DNA of 64,000 bases from Nemertoderma westbladi (Eukaryota; Animalia; Xenacoelomorpha), in assembly GCA_032718475.1 (NCBI GenBank), contig JAUCBJ010002656.1, positions 8,365 to 72,364 of the forward strand, read 5' to 3'. Under the pieces are notes generated by a model. The model had not been told where the DNA came from. It made no database searches and saw nothing but the letters and a program-made list of their open reading frames with translations. Both the position numbers and the translations under genes were made by a program. Numbering within the stretch: position 1 is the first letter of the stretch; each line of letters opens with the position of its first letter. Shown one piece after another: positions 60,646 to 64,000 of the stretch.

Positions 60646-61420
60646 GTTTTGCAATAACATAAAATAACTACTAAAAATTTCTCAAAAATCATATACCAAT
60701 ATCATAGGTATAATTATTATACCAAATTTAGGAAAATTATAATATTACTATAATGGCTAGCTAAACTAAATAGCAATTTTGTCACAATCTCCTGTCGTCC
60801 AAAGTCCTACATTGGAAAAAAGTCGCAATCCTTTGTGCGTAATCCCTGGCCTAACGGTCGATGAAAACATTTATTTGCTTTACCTTTGTTTTAATTCTAA
60901 AATATTCAAACTATATTTAGTTCATACACATTTTCCTCTACAAACTTATTTACATTAGGTTTCATTAGTTTTAACCAAAATTTGTTAAAATATGTAACAT
61001 ATCACATACTGAAAATGGGTATGGAACAAAACCCAAAGAAAGTCAGACAATACTACTTTTCAAAACAAGCCTTAGTAATTATGACTTACCAGAGCCAGAC
61101 AAGCAGGGTTATTCCGTTACTGTTGTCTGATAGTGGCAGTGGATTACTGATAAGCAGTACCGGCATTTTAAATCACTGCCAAGTGTTATCTTAAATCCCA
61201 ACCAAATCCCCAGATAGGCACTCAGGGATAGGCACAGCACATCACAAAGAATGAGATAAAGGGATGTGGTTTCATTTAAATTAAAGATATCAATTATTGA
61301 ACGAAAACATAATTCTAAACAAAATGATTGAAAATTTTAGTTCGGTTAAACCCATATAATAAAGCTACTTTTAGCTACTAATAGCTCCATTTCGTTTCAA
61401 TATCGTTGTGGAACTATGTG

Positions 61421-62895
61421 ATGGCAAGCAGTCACTGACTGGCTGGCACACGGTGTAACGAGGATACTATGACAAGCAGTCACTGACTGGCTGGCACACG
61501 AGGTAACGAGGATACTATGACAAGCAGTCACTGACTGGCTGGCACACGAGGTAACGAGGATACTATGACAAGCAGTCACTGACTGGCTGGCACACGGGGT
61601 AACGAGGATACTATGACAAGCAGTCACTGACTGGCTGGCACACGGGGTAACGAGGATACTATGGCAAGCAGTCACTGACTGGCTGGCACACGAGGTAACG
61701 AGGATACTATGGCAAGCAGTCACTGACTGGCTGGCACACGAGGTAACGAGGATACTATGGCAAGCAGTCACTGACTGGCTGGCACACGAGGTAACGAGGA
61801 TACTATGGCAAGCAGTCACTGACTGGCTGGCACACGAGGTAACGAGGATACTATGGCAAGCAGTCACTGACTGGCTGGCACACGAGGTAACGAGGATACT
61901 ATGGCAAGCAGTCACTGACTGGCTGGCACACGAGGTAACGAGGATACTATGGCAAGCAGTCACTGACTGGCTGGCACACGAGGTAACGAGGATACTATGG
62001 CAAGCAGTCACTGACTGGCTGGCACACGAGGTAACGAGGATACTATGGCAAGCAGTCACTGACTGGCTGGCACACGAGGTAACGAGGATACTATGGCAAG
62101 CAGTCACTGACTGGCTGGCACACGAGGTAACGAGGATACTATGGCAAGCAGTCACTGACTGGCTGGCACACGAGGTAACGAGGATACTATGGCAAGCAGT
62201 CACTGACTGGCTGGCACACGAGGTAACGAGGATACTATGGCAAGCAGTCACTGACTGGCTGGCACACGAGGTAACGAGGATACTATGGCAAGCAGTCACT
62301 GACTGGCTGGCACACGAGGTAACGAGGATACTATGGCAAGCAGTCACTGACTGGCTGGCACACGAGGTAACGAGGATACTATGGCAAGCAGTCACTGACT
62401 GGCTGGCACACGAGGTAACGAGGATACTATGGCAAGCAGTCACTGACTGGCTGGCACGCGGGGTAACGAGGATACTATGGCAAGCAGTCACTGACTGGCT
62501 GGCACACGAGGTAACGAGGATACTATGGCAAGTAGTCACTGACTGGCTGGCACACGAGGTAACGAGGATACTATGGCAAGCAGTCACTGACTGGCTGGCA
62601 CACGAGGTAACGAGGATACTATGGCAAGCAGTCACTGACTGGCTGGCACACGAGGTAACGAGGATACTATGGCAAGTAGTCACTGACTGGCTGGCACACG
62701 AGGTAACGAGGATACTATGGCAAGCAGTCACTGACTGGCTGGCACACGAGGTAACGAGGATACTATGGCAAGCAGTCACTGACTGGCTGGCACACGGGGT
62801 AACGAGGATACTATGGCAAGCAGTCACTGACTGGCTGGCACACGGGGTAACGAGGATACTATGGCAAGCAGTCACTGACTGGCTGGCACACGAGG
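61421..62895. repeat. 48-bp minisatellite, about 30 copies
   Basis: TGGCAAGCAGTCACTGACTGGCTGGCACACGAGGTAACGAGGATACTA, nearly invariant. Confidence 0.97.
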
Positions 62896-62928
62896 ATAAT
62901 TGGTATGGTTTTTTCTAGTCTTTGGAAA

Positions 62929-63050
62929 GAGTCTAAAGTTGGAAAAATTTCTGACCACTGTTTATCATTATAAAACCCTGAGAAGTACAAAGTATTCTCA
63001 GTGCTTTATAATGATAAACAGAGGTCAGAAAATTTTCCAACTTTAGACTC
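62929..63050. repeat. Near-perfect 122-bp hairpin (MITE-like)
   Basis: GAGTCTAAAGTTGGAAAAATTTCTGACC..TGAGAA pairs with TTCTCA..GGTCAGAAAATTTTCCAACTTTAGACTC. Confidence 0.85.
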
Positions 63051-63359
63051 CTTACTTAGACCATTATCCAGTCCCTATTCGAGTATATAAAACAGTTATA
63101 CTTACTATTTCATTGTACTGTAATATATTGTGTATCTGCGTTTTTATGGTAAAATCAGAGATTGGATGAGTTATTATTACAGTTATTATTGACATTCGGT
63201 GTTACTAAAAATAATTGGTTTCAGGAGGAAATATAGAATGTTAACTTAGAAATAGCGAATTATGTACATTTGAACAATGTACGAAATGAAATTATGTTAA
63301 ATTAAAGTATGAGTTATAATCGAGTATAATTAATATAATAGTTAGTTATATATACTTAC

Positions 63360-63550
63360 CCAATCTACTATTTTCAATGTGTTCTCCGCGCTTGCCATGA
63401 CAACAAAGCTGAAATCTGTGGAATTCTGTTGCAAGTAGTTCAGAAGAGCCTCTAGGCTTTGATTTCCGAAATTATCAGAGAGAAACACTTTGTAGACGTA
63501 AACATCGGAACGTTGGAACTCTGAATCTATAGATTCCGACCGAAAGCAGC
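63360..63550 (-). CDS. Probable internal coding exon (191 bp, phase 1 to 0) of an unidentified gene, not in the ORF track
   Basis: Minus strand ctaat branch point, ttttttag| ... |gtaagt; open frame CFRSESIDSEFQRSDVYVYKVFLSDNFGNQSLEALLNYLQQNSTDFSFVVMASAENTLKIVDW. Confidence 0.6.
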
Positions 63551-64000
63551 CTAAAAAAGCAATTAGTGATAGAAAATCTGTTTTATTTTAATATAATTTA
63601 CACAAAAATAAAAGAGGACTATAAAGAACAATGACACAATTATCGGAGGATTATATAAACAGATGGTTAAAGAGATCATATTAGACAACTAAATGCAGAC
63701 CGGAGCGATAGATTGCAGAAAATATTTAAACTATATTATAAAATGCAGAAAGAGAAATAGCAAACGGAACGCTCATTTGAAAAATAACAGGTTTTCACTT
63801 TTCCAAGAAAAATTACATCTAAATCTCTAAAAATTAACAATTAAACTGTATACTAAAAAAATAATAAACGCATTTCGAGTTCCGAGCGGACACTAACTAC
63901 CTAATGGAATCATGCAAGGGACACAACCTACCAGAAATGGGGGTGTCGTTAGTACTTTAGTTCTAAACCAGAAATTTCATTTGTTCTAATATAATAATCA

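Noticed and set aside
61085-61300. Further minus-strand exon ending at a GTAAGT donor near 61089
   Set aside because: No single stop-free frame from a plausible acceptor to the donor could be established
61397-62875. 492-aa repeat protein as a confident CDS
   Set aside because: By-product of a 48-bp unit, non-ATG start and no unique flanking coding sequence; kept only as a low-interest note

Overview
AT-rich, repeat-dense nuclear DNA from an invertebrate animal; there are spliceosomal introns and nothing prokaryotic or CRISPR-like. Host genes: an intronless acyl-CoA synthetase (ACSF2/4CL/luciferase-like ANL family, 3800-5545, -), three phase-1 exons of an EGF + fibronectin type II + Pro/Thr-linker gene (21981-28068, +), a two-exon CCDC17-like gene (53065-55356, +) and one orphan exon (63360-63550, -). 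The rest is mostly nested mobile DNA: a LINE with an intact endonuclease-RT ORF2 and a rearranged, duplicated ORF1 region, RTE fragments, tRNA-derived SINEs, MITEs with clear TSDs, a Helentron-like trimer, and four satellites including an 8.2-kb array of 37-bp units. The most notable object is a BEL/Pao LTR retrotransposon (32198-39887, -). Between its integrase and 3' LTR, where env would sit, it carries a roughly 1417-codon extra ORF with a WRN/Mut-7/RNase D-like DEDDy 3'-5' exonuclease and zinc knuckles but no obvious envelope features. It is inserted into an internally deleted relative, and a solo LTR of the same family lies at 349-1523. All family calls come from motif recognition by eye, not database searches, and repeat boundaries are approximate unless a TSD is given.
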